A stretch of DNA of 36,074 bases from a virus (lineage: Duplodnaviria; Caudoviricetes): positions 1 through 36,074 of IMG/VR virus record IMGVR_UViG_3300025018_000322. One strand, given 5' to 3'. Shown in pieces: positions 1-9,336 of the stretch. The first letter of the stretch is position 1. Every line of letters begins with the position of its first letter. The notes beneath the pieces were generated by a model. That model did no database searches, had not been told where the DNA came from, and saw nothing but the letters and a program-made list of their open reading frames with translations. Position numbers and translations under genes: made by a program.

Positions 1-19
1 TTCTCCCACTCAGTGTGTA
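1..19. other. Fold-back tip: reverse complement of 46-64, probably a library/assembly artefact
   Basis: TTCTCCCACTCAGTGTGTA is the exact reverse complement of 46-64; bases 1-18 do not match the sequence preceding the terminal repeat at the right end. Confidence 0.75.
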
Positions 20-124
20 ACTAATAAGAGAACACCTTGATAAGCTACACACTGAGTGGGAGAATGACGAAGAGAATGACGGACACCATAAAAGCAATGA
101 GGGCTGGGTAGGTTACTCCGTTTC
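19..124 (+). repeat. Terminal direct repeat, left copy (106 bp; circular overlap)
   Basis: Identical to 35969-36074; implies a unit length of 35950 bp. Confidence 0.95.
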
Positions 125-293
125 ACTCGCTAACTGGTTTGAGTCAGTTGATTATGCGAACGAACCGCCCGAAATATACGATGTACAGGTTTACTCTTAT
201 CTTTTTGGGCCGAACCGACTACACGAGTTTAAGACACCCAAAGAGGCTTGGGAACATGTTAAAGACTGGCAGTACCAACAGGAGGACGAATAA
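21..293 (+). CDS. 3' part of a 97-aa hypothetical protein that starts at 35950 and spans the circular join
   Basis: Open frame LIREHLDKLHTEWEND...WQYQQEDE*; TAA 291-293 overlaps next ATG (TAATG). Confidence 0.8.
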   Translation, partial: LIREHLDKLHTEWENDEENDGHHKSNEGWVGYSVSLANWFESVDYANEPPEIYDVQVYSYLFGPNRLHEFKTPKEAWEHVKDWQYQQEDE

Positions 294-478
294 TGGCAGG
301 TAAACCAAACCCAAAAATCAACGCATGGGCTAAGAAAATGAAAGAGCAAGACCCAGACTACTTCAAGAAACTAGGCTCTAAAGGCGGAAAGAACTCCACC
401 GGATATGGCTTTGCACACGGCAAACTAGACCCAAGGGAGACAGCGAAACTTCGTAAGAAATTAAATAAGGAGAAATAA
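293..478 (+). CDS. Small basic KGG-motif protein
   Basis: GGAGG RBS; DYFKKLGSKGGK...GFA resembles KGG-repeat proteins. Confidence 0.6.
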   Translation: MAGKPNPKINAWAKKMKEQDPDYFKKLGSKGGKNSTGYGFAHGKLDPRETAKLRKKLNKEK

Positions 479-480
479 TT

Positions 481-927
481 GTGAAAGACATCAAGTTTGA
501 ACTAACAAGTGAATCAAACTATACACGTCACGGCATGAGAAATACTCGATTCTACGCTATATGGTCTGGCATGAAGTACCGATGTTCGAACAGTTCCAGT
601 AAAGATTTTCCTAATTACGGTGGTAAAGGAATATCATTATCTGAAAGGTGGCAATACTTCCCGAACTTCATGGTTGATATGTACGACTCGTATCTAGCAC
701 ACTCTGCAATTTATGGTGAGAACAACACTACAATTGACAGGCTAGACAACTCAGGAGATTATGAACTGTCGAACTGTCGATGGGCTACAAGGCAGATACA
801 AGGAAAAAATATGCGACACGACGTTTCGGGGAGGTGTCGAGATAAGAACGGTAAATTTATCGGTGGCAAAACCTACCAAGTATCAGACGAATTAAAAGAA
901 ACTCTTAAAGACCTCAAGGAAGCGTAA
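481..927 (+). CDS. HNH-type (homing-like) endonuclease
   Basis: HGMRNTRFYAIWSGMKYRC, NYGGKGI, TIDRLDNSGDYELSNCRWAT are typical of phage HNH endonucleases; AGGAG RBS, GTG start. Confidence 0.8.
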   Translation: MKDIKFELTSESNYTRHGMRNTRFYAIWSGMKYRCSNSSSKDFPNYGGKGISLSERWQYFPNFMVDMYDSYLAHSAIYGENNTTIDRLDNSGDYELSNCRWATRQIQGKNMRHDVSGRCRDKNGKFIGGKTYQVSDELKETLKDLKEA

Positions 928-1127
928 TGAAACTCTTTAGAAAAAAATATAAGCCATACAAACTCTTCACTGTAAAAGTGGAGTACACTGCACTAGTAAT
1001 GGCTAAGAATAAGATACACGCAGGTAATATGCTAGTAGATTTTGAAAATGACGTATATGATATGACCCGAAAATATATAGGCGAGAAGCCATTTGACGTT
1101 CATTTTAGTGGAAGGAAGGTGAGATAA
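927..1127 (+). CDS. Hypothetical protein
   Basis: TAATG coupling at both ends. Confidence 0.65.
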   Translation: MKLFRKKYKPYKLFTVKVEYTALVMAKNKIHAGNMLVDFENDVYDMTRKYIGEKPFDVHFSGRKVR

Positions 1128-1297
1128 TGCCCAACAACTTTGAACACCTCACCAACGAACAGCTCCCAGTTGAGCGTGAGTACCTACTAGCACAACGTGA
1201 GGAGCATTGGGAAGCAACAACCCTATCTATCAGTGCAATTAACAACCTAATACGACAGAGAGCTTTAGAGCGTGTCGAGGAGAATGGTAATGAGTAA
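1127..1297 (+). CDS. Hypothetical 56-aa protein (not in ORF track)
   Basis: GGAAGGTG RBS, TAATG overlap; MPNNFEHLTNEQLPVEREYLL...EENGNE*. Confidence 0.65.
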   Translation: MPNNFEHLTNEQLPVEREYLLAQREEHWEATTLSISAINNLIRQRALERVEENGNE

Positions 1298-1484
1298 ATT
1301 AGTATTAAGGAACAAACTAACAAAGAGCAATGGTGTAGAAATTATAGCGATTTTGTATTTCATCTTGGCAACACAGCTAGAGGGCTGGATTGTGTGGGTG
1401 GCATTTGCTTTTGGAGTATTGAATATTATCGAGAGTATCGTGTGGTCAAAGGTGTTCAAGAACCAAGATAAGGTGGAACTATAA
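1290..1484 (+). CDS. Small membrane protein
   Basis: GAGGAG before ATG 1290 (MSKLVLR); two hydrophobic segments. Confidence 0.65.
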   Translation: MSKLVLRNKLTKSNGVEIIAILYFILATQLEGWIVWVAFAFGVLNIIESIVWSKVFKNQDKVEL

Positions 1485-1762
1485 TGGCTAATCAACAACC
1501 AGAAGATGAACTGGACAAGCTATACAAAGAAATCGAGTATACCGTCACCATGGAATATAAAGCACCTAACGGCGAACCCGCTGTATCACGCATAAACAGG
1601 TTAATGAAGCTTATCAAAGAACGAGAAGCTCGCTTGATTAAAGAGGCTCGAATAGATGAGCTTGAGAGATTACCATTAGAAGACAATGGCGAAGGTGACT
1701 GGTTTGTACAAATGCACCACGGAGATGTACAAGACCGTATCAAACAACTAGAGGAGGAATAA
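1484..1762 (+). CDS. Hypothetical protein
   Basis: TAATG coupling, AAGGTGG RBS. Confidence 0.7.
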   Translation: MANQQPEDELDKLYKEIEYTVTMEYKAPNGEPAVSRINRLMKLIKEREARLIKEARIDELERLPLEDNGEGDWFVQMHHGDVQDRIKQLEEE

Positions 1763-1765
1763 GCT

Positions 1766-2422
1766 ATGAGTAGAAAGCTCATACTTCACCTTTGCGCTGA
1801 TACAGGCAGCGATACAAAGCCCTACCAAGAAGACCCAGACTATGAGGTGGTACTTATAGGTAGCGACATCGGCGTTGAGAACTTTCACCCCGGCCGACCC
1901 GTTTACGGTATTATTGCTAACCCACCTTGTACAGAGTTTTCTCGTGCCAGGACTGGTGGTAAACCTCGAAACCCAGAGGAGGGTATGTATCTAGTTAAGG
2001 AGTGTCAGCGAGTTATAGATGAAGCAAAAGCATTCGGCGAGCTGAAGTTTTGGGTAATTGAAAACCCTGCAACTGGCGCTTTACGCTCTTACCTCGGGAA
2101 GCCTCAATATGAATATCAACCGTGGTGGTACGGAAGCCCTTGGACAAAAAAGACGGCACTATGGGGAGAGTTCAATATACCCACTTGCTCCTTCATGGAT
2201 TGGCAAGATGTCCCCAAGAACAATAAGTTATGGGTCAGAAAAAGAAACAGGATCGTGGCAAACGATAGATATACTGGAAAGCCAGAGATGCACACACTAC
2301 ACAAAAGCGCTTATGATGTGATTGAGGAGTTTCATGTATTACCTCGACCAGACAGCGATATGGAGTTCCGCAGCACATGTTCACAAAAGTTCGCACAAGC
2401 GTTTAAGGAAGTAAACCCATGA
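1766..2422 (+). CDS. Short C5-cytosine DNA methyltransferase-like protein
   Basis: Degenerate motif I (LCADTGS), motif IV NPPC, motif VI IENP, motif VIII-like QPWWYG..WTKKT. Confidence 0.75.
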   Translation: MSRKLILHLCADTGSDTKPYQEDPDYEVVLIGSDIGVENFHPGRPVYGIIANPPCTEFSRARTGGKPRNPEEGMYLVKECQRVIDEAKAFGELKFWVIENPATGALRSYLGKPQYEYQPWWYGSPWTKKTALWGEFNIPTCSFMDWQDVPKNNKLWVRKRNRIVANDRYTGKPEMHTLHKSAYDVIEEFHVLPRPDSDMEFRSTCSQKFAQAFKEVNP

Positions 2423-2694
2423 ACACACCAGAGCAAATGGCAGACCTATTGGATGGTTCAAGTATTATAAGTAGCAAGTTCAACCGTTTTGACAAAGAGA
2501 TACTTGACACGTACTTCTCAGAAGAAGGCAAAGCCCAACTACTCTCACTTATTGAGCAGGAAGTGATTGGTAAAGATGAAGTGAGAACTGGTGATATCTA
2601 CCAAGATTACTTGTTGAAGCGTGGAAACGATTTACGAGCCGAGCAACGCAAAGCCCTAGCTAAACTATTTAATAGGGGAGGTACACCAAAATGA
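2419..2694 (+). CDS. Hypothetical protein
   Basis: ATGA overlap, AAGGA RBS. Confidence 0.7.
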   Translation: MNTPEQMADLLDGSSIISSKFNRFDKEILDTYFSEEGKAQLLSLIEQEVIGKDEVRTGDIYQDYLLKRGNDLRAEQRKALAKLFNRGGTPK

Positions 2695-3149
2695 CCGAGG
2701 CTGAAAAAAAGCTACACGATGAGGTGTCAAAAATAATTAAACAACCAAGCAATAGCCATATCATAGGGCTTTCAAGCAACGTACATAGAATAATCAAACT
2801 AATAAGAGGAGCAACAATAATGGAAACGCTACAAAATCTATACGACTCAGAAATTAACGTACGAATATCATGGAACTGGGATGGTGGCATCGACGTTCAA
2901 CTTGGTGGACTACCAGGGTATAACGAGAACACTGAGCCTGATGCCAAAGATAATGTTAGGACTTTAGACGAGGCTGAGGCATGGTTTATCGAAAAGGCGA
3001 AAGAGTTTTACCCTACAAGTACATTTGTCAAAAATCTACTCGACTACACCAAAGGCACTATATTCGATGAAGAGAAAATGAAAGACTCACTTGACAGCTT
3101 AAACATTCGCAAGTCCACCACCCCACAGAAGGAGAGCCAAGATGAGTAA
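2691..3149 (+). CDS. Hypothetical protein (possible second start at 2820)
   Basis: GGAGG RBS; internal GAGGAG before METLQNLYDSEIN. Confidence 0.7.
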   Translation: MTEAEKKLHDEVSKIIKQPSNSHIIGLSSNVHRIIKLIRGATIMETLQNLYDSEINVRISWNWDGGIDVQLGGLPGYNENTEPDAKDNVRTLDEAEAWFIEKAKEFYPTSTFVKNLLDYTKGTIFDEEKMKDSLDSLNIRKSTTPQKESQDE

Positions 3150-3225
3150 AGAAGATTTGACACGAGCCGAACAACGTCAACGAGCCAAAAAACTAGGCTT
3201 CATAGAGCCTGAAAGGAGTAAATGA
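3142..3225 (+). CDS. Hypothetical 27-aa peptide
   Basis: AAGGAG RBS; MSKEDLTRAEQRQRAKKLGFIEPERSK*; fills the gap between coupled genes. Confidence 0.5.
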   Translation: MSKEDLTRAEQRQRAKKLGFIEPERSK

Positions 3226-3228
3226 GAT

Positions 3229-3492
3229 ATGATGCCAATGTGCGACTTCTACGATTGTAATAAGAGTTCTATTTTTCTAGGCGCAGGTGAGCAACCAGCT
3301 TTTTGCAAAGAGCATTTCGAGTTAATGTTGAGAAGAATACATGATAATTATCAGGAAAGTGTACAGAACGCAGGATACAAGCTCATTAGGAATATGCCAG
3401 TTGACGATATACCTAACAGTGAAAAATGGCTCAAGCCAAGCGATATATCCAAGAGAGAATTGATAGTTAATTCTAAGGGGATAGACATTTAA
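3229..3492 (+). CDS. Hypothetical protein, possible Zn-binding (CDFYDC...FCKEH)
   Basis: AAGGAG RBS; Cys/His pattern. Confidence 0.65.
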   Translation: MMPMCDFYDCNKSSIFLGAGEQPAFCKEHFELMLRRIHDNYQESVQNAGYKLIRNMPVDDIPNSEKWLKPSDISKRELIVNSKGIDI

Positions 3493-3510
3493 TACCCCTC
3501 ATGCTATAAT
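3482..3510 (+). promoter_or_regulatory. Sigma70-type promoter containing the 14-bp box ATACCCCTCATGCT (3492-3505)
   Basis: TAGACA-17-TATAAT with extended -10 TG. Confidence 0.75.
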
Positions 3511-3531
3511 AAAGTAAACGAAAGGAACGTT

Positions 3532-3648
3532 ATGTTTAAACTAATCAAGCACAAACTAGGATTCTGCCACAAGTCACGATCTGGCTACAACTGCCATGGT
3601 CGTAGTAACTATAACGAATGTGGGGTATCATATGAAGCAACTCTATAG
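3532..3648 (+). CDS. Hypothetical 38-aa Cys/His peptide
   Basis: GAAAGGA RBS just after promoter; MFKLIKHKLGFCHKSRSGYNCHGRSNYNEC... Confidence 0.5.
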   Translation: MFKLIKHKLGFCHKSRSGYNCHGRSNYNECGVSYEATL

Positions 3649-3865
3649 GATAGAACTCAAGAAGGCCACAATAGCGCCTTATACTCTTAACGTGCAAATA
3701 CGAGACGGCCGCAAGAAAGAAGGCTCTGTAGGGTTTATGATTGCCGGTGATGATATAGATAAACTCATCTCATGGGCTGAGTGGAAAATAACCAACGAGC
3801 TTTGTGACTTTAACGAAGAAACGGTCGACATGACCGAATATAAAGAAGTCCCTTTACAAACATAA
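3632..3865 (+). CDS. Hypothetical protein
   Basis: Track ORF 3596-3865; GGGG-preceded ATG at 3632 preferred. Confidence 0.6.
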   Translation: MKQLYRIELKKATIAPYTLNVQIRDGRKKEGSVGFMIAGDDIDKLISWAEWKITNELCDFNEETVDMTEYKEVPLQT

Positions 3866-3923
3866 CCTAGATAGAGTACACTAGTCTTATACATAGTAAC
3901 CAAGACTAGGAGCTATAATTTCT

Positions 3924-4328
3924 ATGGGCAGGCCAACCATATTTAACGAAGAACTTGCCACAACCATTCTCAATCGCATAGAAGAAGGTGAAAGCCTACG
4001 TAAGATATGCCTAGACAAAGCTATGCCGAATAGGTCTAGTGTTAATAAATGGTTAAGTGAAGACAAAGTATTTTCCGACCAATACGCGCGTGCTTGCACC
4101 GTACGAAGAGAGAATAAGTTTGAAGAGATGTACAGTATTGCCGAGAACACGGACGATGTTCCAAGGGCTAGATTACTTGTTGATGTGCTTAAATGGCAAC
4201 TATCCAAAGAAGAGCCAAAGAAGTACGGTGATAAACTAGACATGACAACGGGTGGCGATAAGATAGAATCCAACACGATCGTATTTAAAGACTTTAGAGA
4301 CGGCACAGATGATTCAACAAGTAGGTGA
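3924..4328 (+). CDS. terS: Terminase small subunit (HTH type)
   Basis: MGRPT...ILNRIEEGESLRKIC..MPNRSSVNKWL and KWQLSK..PKKYGDK; directly upstream of TerL. Confidence 0.85.
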   Translation: MGRPTIFNEELATTILNRIEEGESLRKICLDKAMPNRSSVNKWLSEDKVFSDQYARACTVRRENKFEEMYSIAENTDDVPRARLLVDVLKWQLSKEEPKKYGDKLDMTTGGDKIESNTIVFKDFRDGTDDSTSR

Positions 4329-5571
4329 TGTCTACAAGCCTTTATTCACAGAAAACCCCCGGTATTTCATTCTTATGGGCGGGCGTGGTGCAGGGCGTTC
4401 AACGGTGGCCTCACAATACGCTAACGCAAAGTTAGTCGCACCAGAATACTTTAGGTGTGCAATCATGCGTTATATCTTGGGGGATATTCGCAACTCCATA
4501 TTCAGAGAGATTACTGACCGAGCCGAAGAGAACGGTGTGTATGACAACTACCATATCAGTGACATGAACATAGAGTACGGTAAGAACAGTATCAATGCAG
4601 TAGGGTTTAAGAAGTCAAGTGGCGACCAGAAGTCAAAACTCAAGTCTCTAGCATCTTATAACTGTGTCATTATTGAAGAGGCGGATGAAGTACCAGAGGA
4701 AGACTTTATGCAGCTTGACGACTCTCTCCGTACTATAAAGGGTGATATAACGATCATCCTTCTTTTAAACCCTCCAGCAAAAGACCACTGGATAATTCAA
4801 CGATGGTTCAACCTAGAGGAGAGTGGAGTACCAGGTTATTACATACCAAAGCTCAAACCAGAACACACGGACACGATAGCTATTCGGGCAGACTACCACT
4901 CTAACGAGAAGAACCTTGCCTCGGCCAGCATTAAGCAATACGAGAACTACCAATACACAAAGCCAGCCCACTACTACAATATGATTAAGGGATACGTACC
5001 CGAAACCGTACAGGGCCTTATTTATCCTAACTTTAAAATAATAGATGAATTACCCGATGAGGCACGCCTAAAGAGACGAGGACTAGATTACGGCTACACG
5101 AACGACCCAACGGCCATTGTTGATGTGTATGAGTGGAACAACGCCTTTATATGGGACGAGGTATTATATCGTAGAGGTGCAAGCAACAAAGACATAGCAG
5201 ACGTGATTAAAATGCAACCAGAGCAAGTGCTTGTTATACCAGACAGCTCAGAGCCTAAGAGCAACGATGAACTTGCAAGTTATGGGATTAGCCTTGTTCC
5301 AGCGCAAAAAGGCCAGGGGAGCGTCAACTTCGGTATTCAGCATTGTCAAGAGCAGACGATATTTATCACAAAGCGCAGCTTTAATATTATAGAAGAAAAG
5401 AACAATTACGCCTGGACAGTAGACAAGAAGACCGGAGATACAATCAACACTCCAGTAGATATGTTCAACCACGCAATGGACGCCGGGCGTTATGCTATGG
5501 AGTCATTAAGGCCAAGAACTAAACCAAAAACCCCTCGTCGCAGGGCAACTAAAGCGAGGTTTCACGTCTAA
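4309..5571 (+). CDS. terL: Terminase large subunit (PBSX/SPP1-like)
   Basis: Walker A GGRGAGRS, Walker B VIIEEADE, motif III LLNP, nuclease GLDYGYTNDPT and NHAMDAGRYA. Confidence 0.95.
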   Translation: MIQQVGDVYKPLFTENPRYFILMGGRGAGRSTVASQYANAKLVAPEYFRCAIMRYILGDIRNSIFREITDRAEENGVYDNYHISDMNIEYGKNSINAVGFKKSSGDQKSKLKSLASYNCVIIEEADEVPEEDFMQLDDSLRTIKGDITIILLLNPPAKDHWIIQRWFNLEESGVPGYYIPKLKPEHTDTIAIRADYHSNEKNLASASIKQYENYQYTKPAHYYNMIKGYVPETVQGLIYPNFKIIDELPDEARLKRRGLDYGYTNDPTAIVDVYEWNNAFIWDEVLYRRGASNKDIADVIKMQPEQVLVIPDSSEPKSNDELASYGISLVPAQKGQGSVNFGIQHCQEQTIFITKRSFNIIEEKNNYAWTVDKKTGDTINTPVDMFNHAMDAGRYAMESLRPRTKPKTPRRRATKARFHV

Positions 5572-5846
5572 TGTTATACGGAAAGGTGGTTACTACGACT
5601 ATGAATCAAGATGGATCAGAGAATATAAGAGAAGAGGGCTACCACAATGGTCTCAATTCAATCAAAGAAGAGACACGCATGAACGTCACCATAACGAGAG
5701 ATTCTATTCTTACAGAGCTTATTAAGTGCCTTGATCTTTTGAAGACAACCACCAATGATATAGAGATACGTATTACGAAAGATAAGTACGGAGAGCCTGT
5801 TTTACTCCAAAAGACGTGGACTACCCACAAAGAGAAGCTAAAATAG
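5571..5846 (+). CDS. Hypothetical protein
   Basis: TAATG coupling to terL. Confidence 0.65.
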   Translation: MLYGKVVTTTMNQDGSENIREEGYHNGLNSIKEETRMNVTITRDSILTELIKCLDLLKTTTNDIEIRITKDKYGEPVLLQKTWTTHKEKLK

Positions 5847-5925
5847 TTGTGCTTTTAATCTAAAAGTGATACGATACAAATAATAAGAGTAGATGCCGCA
5901 TCGTCGAACCTACGCAAGGAAACCA

Positions 5926-7863
5926 ATGGCATACCTTACGGACAAAGACGAAATCTACAAAATCTATACTGAGGCGAAGAGCCAATCTGATACGTGGCGT
6001 GAAGATTACCACGAGTTTGAACGTATTGCAAACAACGAATTACTTGACAACCTCGACCCATCACTTCCTGAAGTAAACGACGGCTCACTTGCTGCAGCAC
6101 TCTACAAGTTACCAAAGAGAATAGTAAACTCTAACCTTACGGGTAGGGCTGTATCGAGCGACCGTGACGAAGCATGGGTTACCGAACTTGCTAATATGGT
6201 ATGGGAGAAGAAGATTATTCCTAACGCCAACTCTCAAGCACCGTTCCACCGTAAATGGAAGGACGCTGTACGCAAGGCGGCTATTTATGGCTCAGTACCC
6301 CTTGTCTCTCTATTTGTTGAACGTGGGGACTATGTAGGTTCAGACTTCATCGTTGCACAGCCTCAGGATATCAAGCTTGAACCGGGCAAGGTATCTGATT
6401 ACGACTCGAATATTATTTTCTGGGACGTGTACTACGACAAACTTCAAGTGGAGTCAATGATCGAACAAGCTAAGGGCAGCGATATTGAAGCCAACGGCGG
6501 ATGGGACGTTAAAGCTCTCAAAGAGATACTAAAGAAAGATGAAGAGTCTCGTCGTGAACCACGTGAAGACTACAAAGAGAATCAAGACCAAGACACCGCC
6601 CAAAAGGGTTATAAGTTCTGTGTAATATTCCAACGAGGGGTAGACGCACCGTTCTACATGTACCACGCCGACACAAAAAGCGTTGTCCGTGAGTGGACAA
6701 ACCCAGACCCAACGGGCGACATTCCAGTTCATTTCCTCTACTGCTACCAAGACTTTGTAAACCCTTATGGTACGGGTATCGTTAAGCTTGCGGGTGGCAC
6801 GCAGAACGTCCTCGACTACATGCGACAGTCTGACGTACTCGCCACCCAACTAGGCTTCCGACCACCAGTATCTATTAGTGGGCCGAGCGATGATGTTGAC
6901 ATTGATTCTATTGTATACGAACAAGACGCCCTGTGGTTTCTCGGGGATAACCCAAACACTCGAGTTAAGCGTGAAGAGATTAGCTCACAGGTATATGCCC
7001 AACTCCCTACACGAATTGGCATGTACAAAACCTCACTCAACCAACTTCTTCCAGTGGGCGATACAAGTATTTCAGCAGAGTCAGGTGATCCTAGCTACTC
7101 TAAGACCCCTGCGGGTGTAAAGTTCCAAGCAGCCAATCTTTCGATTGATGACGAGGACTTCAAAGACAACCTTTATATGACCTATGAGTCCGTAGCCGAG
7201 TCTATGATTAACATTTACTTTGCCAACATGGAAGGCTCAGACCTTCTCAAGCTTTCTGATGATGAGCGCAAAATACTTATCAAGGCAGGACTAGACTGGC
7301 CGACTAACGAAAATGGTGAGCCAGAAGGCAATGAACTCGACATTGTATGGGAGACAGCACGTTCAACCTTCGACTTTGAGATAGATGCCGAATCAGACAA
7401 GAGCAAGGACGAAGAGGACAGACTACAGGGTCTTATGCAGGTACTCGAATTGAGTGGAGCAGACCCAACTTTCCTTCAAGAATTAGAAATGTCCGGCAAG
7501 AAGTTCAATAAGGGTGAGTTACTTGCCTCAATCATTCACCTTCTAACAGACAATGATAAGATTATCGAAAATATGAACCCAGAGGACGTAGACCAAATGG
7601 CACTACCACAGGGCGCAATGCAACAGATGCCTCAGGAAGTACCTCAGGCAATGCCTCAAGATATGCCTGTGCCAGAGGAGATGCCACAACAGCCAATGCA
7701 ATCTCCAGTACAAACACCGCAACAGTCCTCACCAGAAATGATACAGCAGATAATGCAAACCTATAACGTAGACCAGTCAACCGCAACTGCAATGATTGCA
7801 GCAGAAGCCCAAGGGTTTGAACCAGAAGAGATTTTAGCGGCGCTAGGTCGCCAAGGAGCGTAA
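5926..7863 (+). CDS. Portal protein
   Basis: Size and position after terL; AAGGA RBS before MAYL (5926); Q/P/M-rich C-terminal tail like podoviral portals. Confidence 0.8.
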   Translation: MAYLTDKDEIYKIYTEAKSQSDTWREDYHEFERIANNELLDNLDPSLPEVNDGSLAAALYKLPKRIVNSNLTGRAVSSDRDEAWVTELANMVWEKKIIPNANSQAPFHRKWKDAVRKAAIYGSVPLVSLFVERGDYVGSDFIVAQPQDIKLEPGKVSDYDSNIIFWDVYYDKLQVESMIEQAKGSDIEANGGWDVKALKEILKKDEESRREPREDYKENQDQDTAQKGYKFCVIFQRGVDAPFYMYHADTKSVVREWTNPDPTGDIPVHFLYCYQDFVNPYGTGIVKLAGGTQNVLDYMRQSDVLATQLGFRPPVSISGPSDDVDIDSIVYEQDALWFLGDNPNTRVKREEISSQVYAQLPTRIGMYKTSLNQLLPVGDTSISAESGDPSYSKTPAGVKFQAANLSIDDEDFKDNLYMTYESVAESMINIYFANMEGSDLLKLSDDERKILIKAGLDWPTNENGEPEGNELDIVWETARSTFDFEIDAESDKSKDEEDRLQGLMQVLELSGADPTFLQELEMSGKKFNKGELLASIIHLLTDNDKIIENMNPEDVDQMALPQGAMQQMPQEVPQAMPQDMPVPEEMPQQPMQSPVQTPQQSSPEMIQQIMQTYNVDQSTATAMIAAEAQGFEPEEILAALGRQGA

Positions 7864-7864
7864 C

Positions 7865-8188
7865 ATGGCACGAGATGAAGCACTATACACAGGAATGACA
7901 TCACAAAGCCGTTCCACTGAACGACGCAAAGAAGCCAAACAAGAGAAGGCAGAGAAGCGAGCGAAACTCTTGCCCTTTGCAGAGATTGTTAATGACATCA
8001 TCGAAAAAGAAAAGGTTACACAGTCAGACGTTAAAAGCTTTGTATTAGAGGGTGTTACTCAAGACGACCTACTTATCGAGATGAAGGTGCGTCAACGTCT
8101 TGTAGAGCGTCTTAGTAGCGTTCAGGGGCGTATTGCGAATATTATGCACTCGCCAGAGAAGATAAAAGAGGCACAAGATGACAAATAA
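7865..8188 (+). CDS. Small post-portal head-module protein
   Basis: AAGGAG RBS; helical, charged. Confidence 0.7.
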   Translation: MARDEALYTGMTSQSRSTERRKEAKQEKAEKRAKLLPFAEIVNDIIEKEKVTQSDVKSFVLEGVTQDDLLIEMKVRQRLVERLSSVQGRIANIMHSPEKIKEAQDDK

Positions 8189-8345
8189 CCACGTGAAAGT
8201 CGATGGGGACTTCGATATGGACAACCCTCCTCAGATGAAACATAACTGGATAGACCGAGGACTAAAGTTAAGCTGTGAGGATGCCGGACACCCCCAACAT
8301 GAAGTTTGGAAGACAAAGAAAAAAGACAAAAGCACAAAGGAGTAG
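8178..8345 (+). CDS. Hypothetical 55-aa protein with HxW..C..HxxH motif
   Basis: GAGG RBS; MTNNHVK...KHNWIDRGLKLSCEDAGHPQHEVW. Confidence 0.55.
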   Translation: MTNNHVKVDGDFDMDNPPQMKHNWIDRGLKLSCEDAGHPQHEVWKTKKKDKSTKE

Positions 8346-8397
8346 GTGACTCTGTGTGGTATCTGACCAAAACAGTCGGGTATCACACAGGCTTACC
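8345..8397 (+). promoter_or_regulatory. Long hairpin in scaffold/capsid leader
   Basis: 8352-8367 pairs with 8375-8390 (16 bp incl. three G-U pairs, so + strand), extended by GGTGA/TTACC. Confidence 0.7.
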
Positions 8398-8474
8398 TCC
8401 AAGCCTACAGCCACCGTCTGTATAAAAGCGAGAGGCTCGCCACCTTAATAGGCAGATAACGAAAGGAGTGACAT

Positions 8475-9302
8475 ATGGCGGAACAAACGTCAGATGCCCC
8501 AATACCAGAAGAGGTGCAAACCCCAGAGGTAGAGGAGCAAAACATCGAAGATACATCTCAAGATGTGTCGGACGATGAAAGTCTCGAAGATATGGACTTT
8601 TCTTTCGATGACGAAGAGGAAACCAAAGAACCAGAAGGTAAAGAGTCGCAAGACGAAGAACCTGAAGAGACCGAGGAAGAACCTGAATCTGAAGAAGAAC
8701 AGCAGTCTGAAGAGCATCCTGAAGAAGAGCCAGAAGCTCAAGAGCAGGAGGAGCAAAAAGATGACAAGGGAGAGCAGAAGCGTCGTAACGACGAGTTTGC
8801 ACGACAGCGCATCGCCGAGCGTCAAGCGAAGGAAAAAGCAAAGGCGGAAGCCCAAGACAAGTACCTTCAGCAGGCAGACGATGACAGAGACCTTGCTTTC
8901 AGACAGCTCCAAATTGACGCCTATAACAACAGAGTGGAAGCCAACTCGAATAAGTTGCAAAATAGCGTAGACAGAGCGCTCGCTACTATCGACCTATTTA
9001 AAGAAGGCTCACCAGAGGTTAAAGAAGCACTAGTTGCAGAGGTGGAAGCCTTTGAACGAGCTAATGTCGTCTATGACCGTAACGGTGACCCAGTCCAAGT
9101 TAAAGGTGATCTATACGAACACTTAACGCAAAAAGCAGACTCTATACGGAGGTTGATAGAGGTCGGAGCTAGACAGAGCGCCAAGAATAAACAGGTCACT
9201 AAGACTAAAACGATTCCAACGCCGTCACGAACACCAAAACAACCGAAGATCGACCCAGACCTTGCGGCCTTTGACGAGGAAGCCGGTCGCTGGGAAGAGT
9301 AG
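8475..9302 (+). CDS. Capsid scaffolding protein
   Basis: Very acidic N-terminus, coiled-coil middle, directly before capsid gene; AAGGAG RBS. Confidence 0.8.
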   Translation: MAEQTSDAPIPEEVQTPEVEEQNIEDTSQDVSDDESLEDMDFSFDDEEETKEPEGKESQDEEPEETEEEPESEEEQQSEEHPEEEPEAQEQEEQKDDKGEQKRRNDEFARQRIAERQAKEKAKAEAQDKYLQQADDDRDLAFRQLQIDAYNNRVEANSNKLQNSVDRALATIDLFKEGSPEVKEALVAEVEAFERANVVYDRNGDPVQVKGDLYEHLTQKADSIRRLIEVGARQSAKNKQVTKTKTIPTPSRTPKQPKIDPDLAAFDEEAGRWEE

Positions 9303-9336
9303 CAGTCTGAACCCGTAAGGGAGAAAGATAACTAAA

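Noticed and set aside
1-64. 19-bp inverted repeat at the left end as a hairpin telomere or terminal structure
   Set aside because: Only the contig tip carries it; the right-end copy shows the true upstream sequence with an intact ORF, and no protelomerase is visible. A fold-back artefact is more likely.
19-124. 106-bp repeat as a physical terminal repeat of the virion DNA
   Set aside because: It falls mid-gene and is the kind of overlap circular assemblies leave; physical ends cannot be inferred from it.
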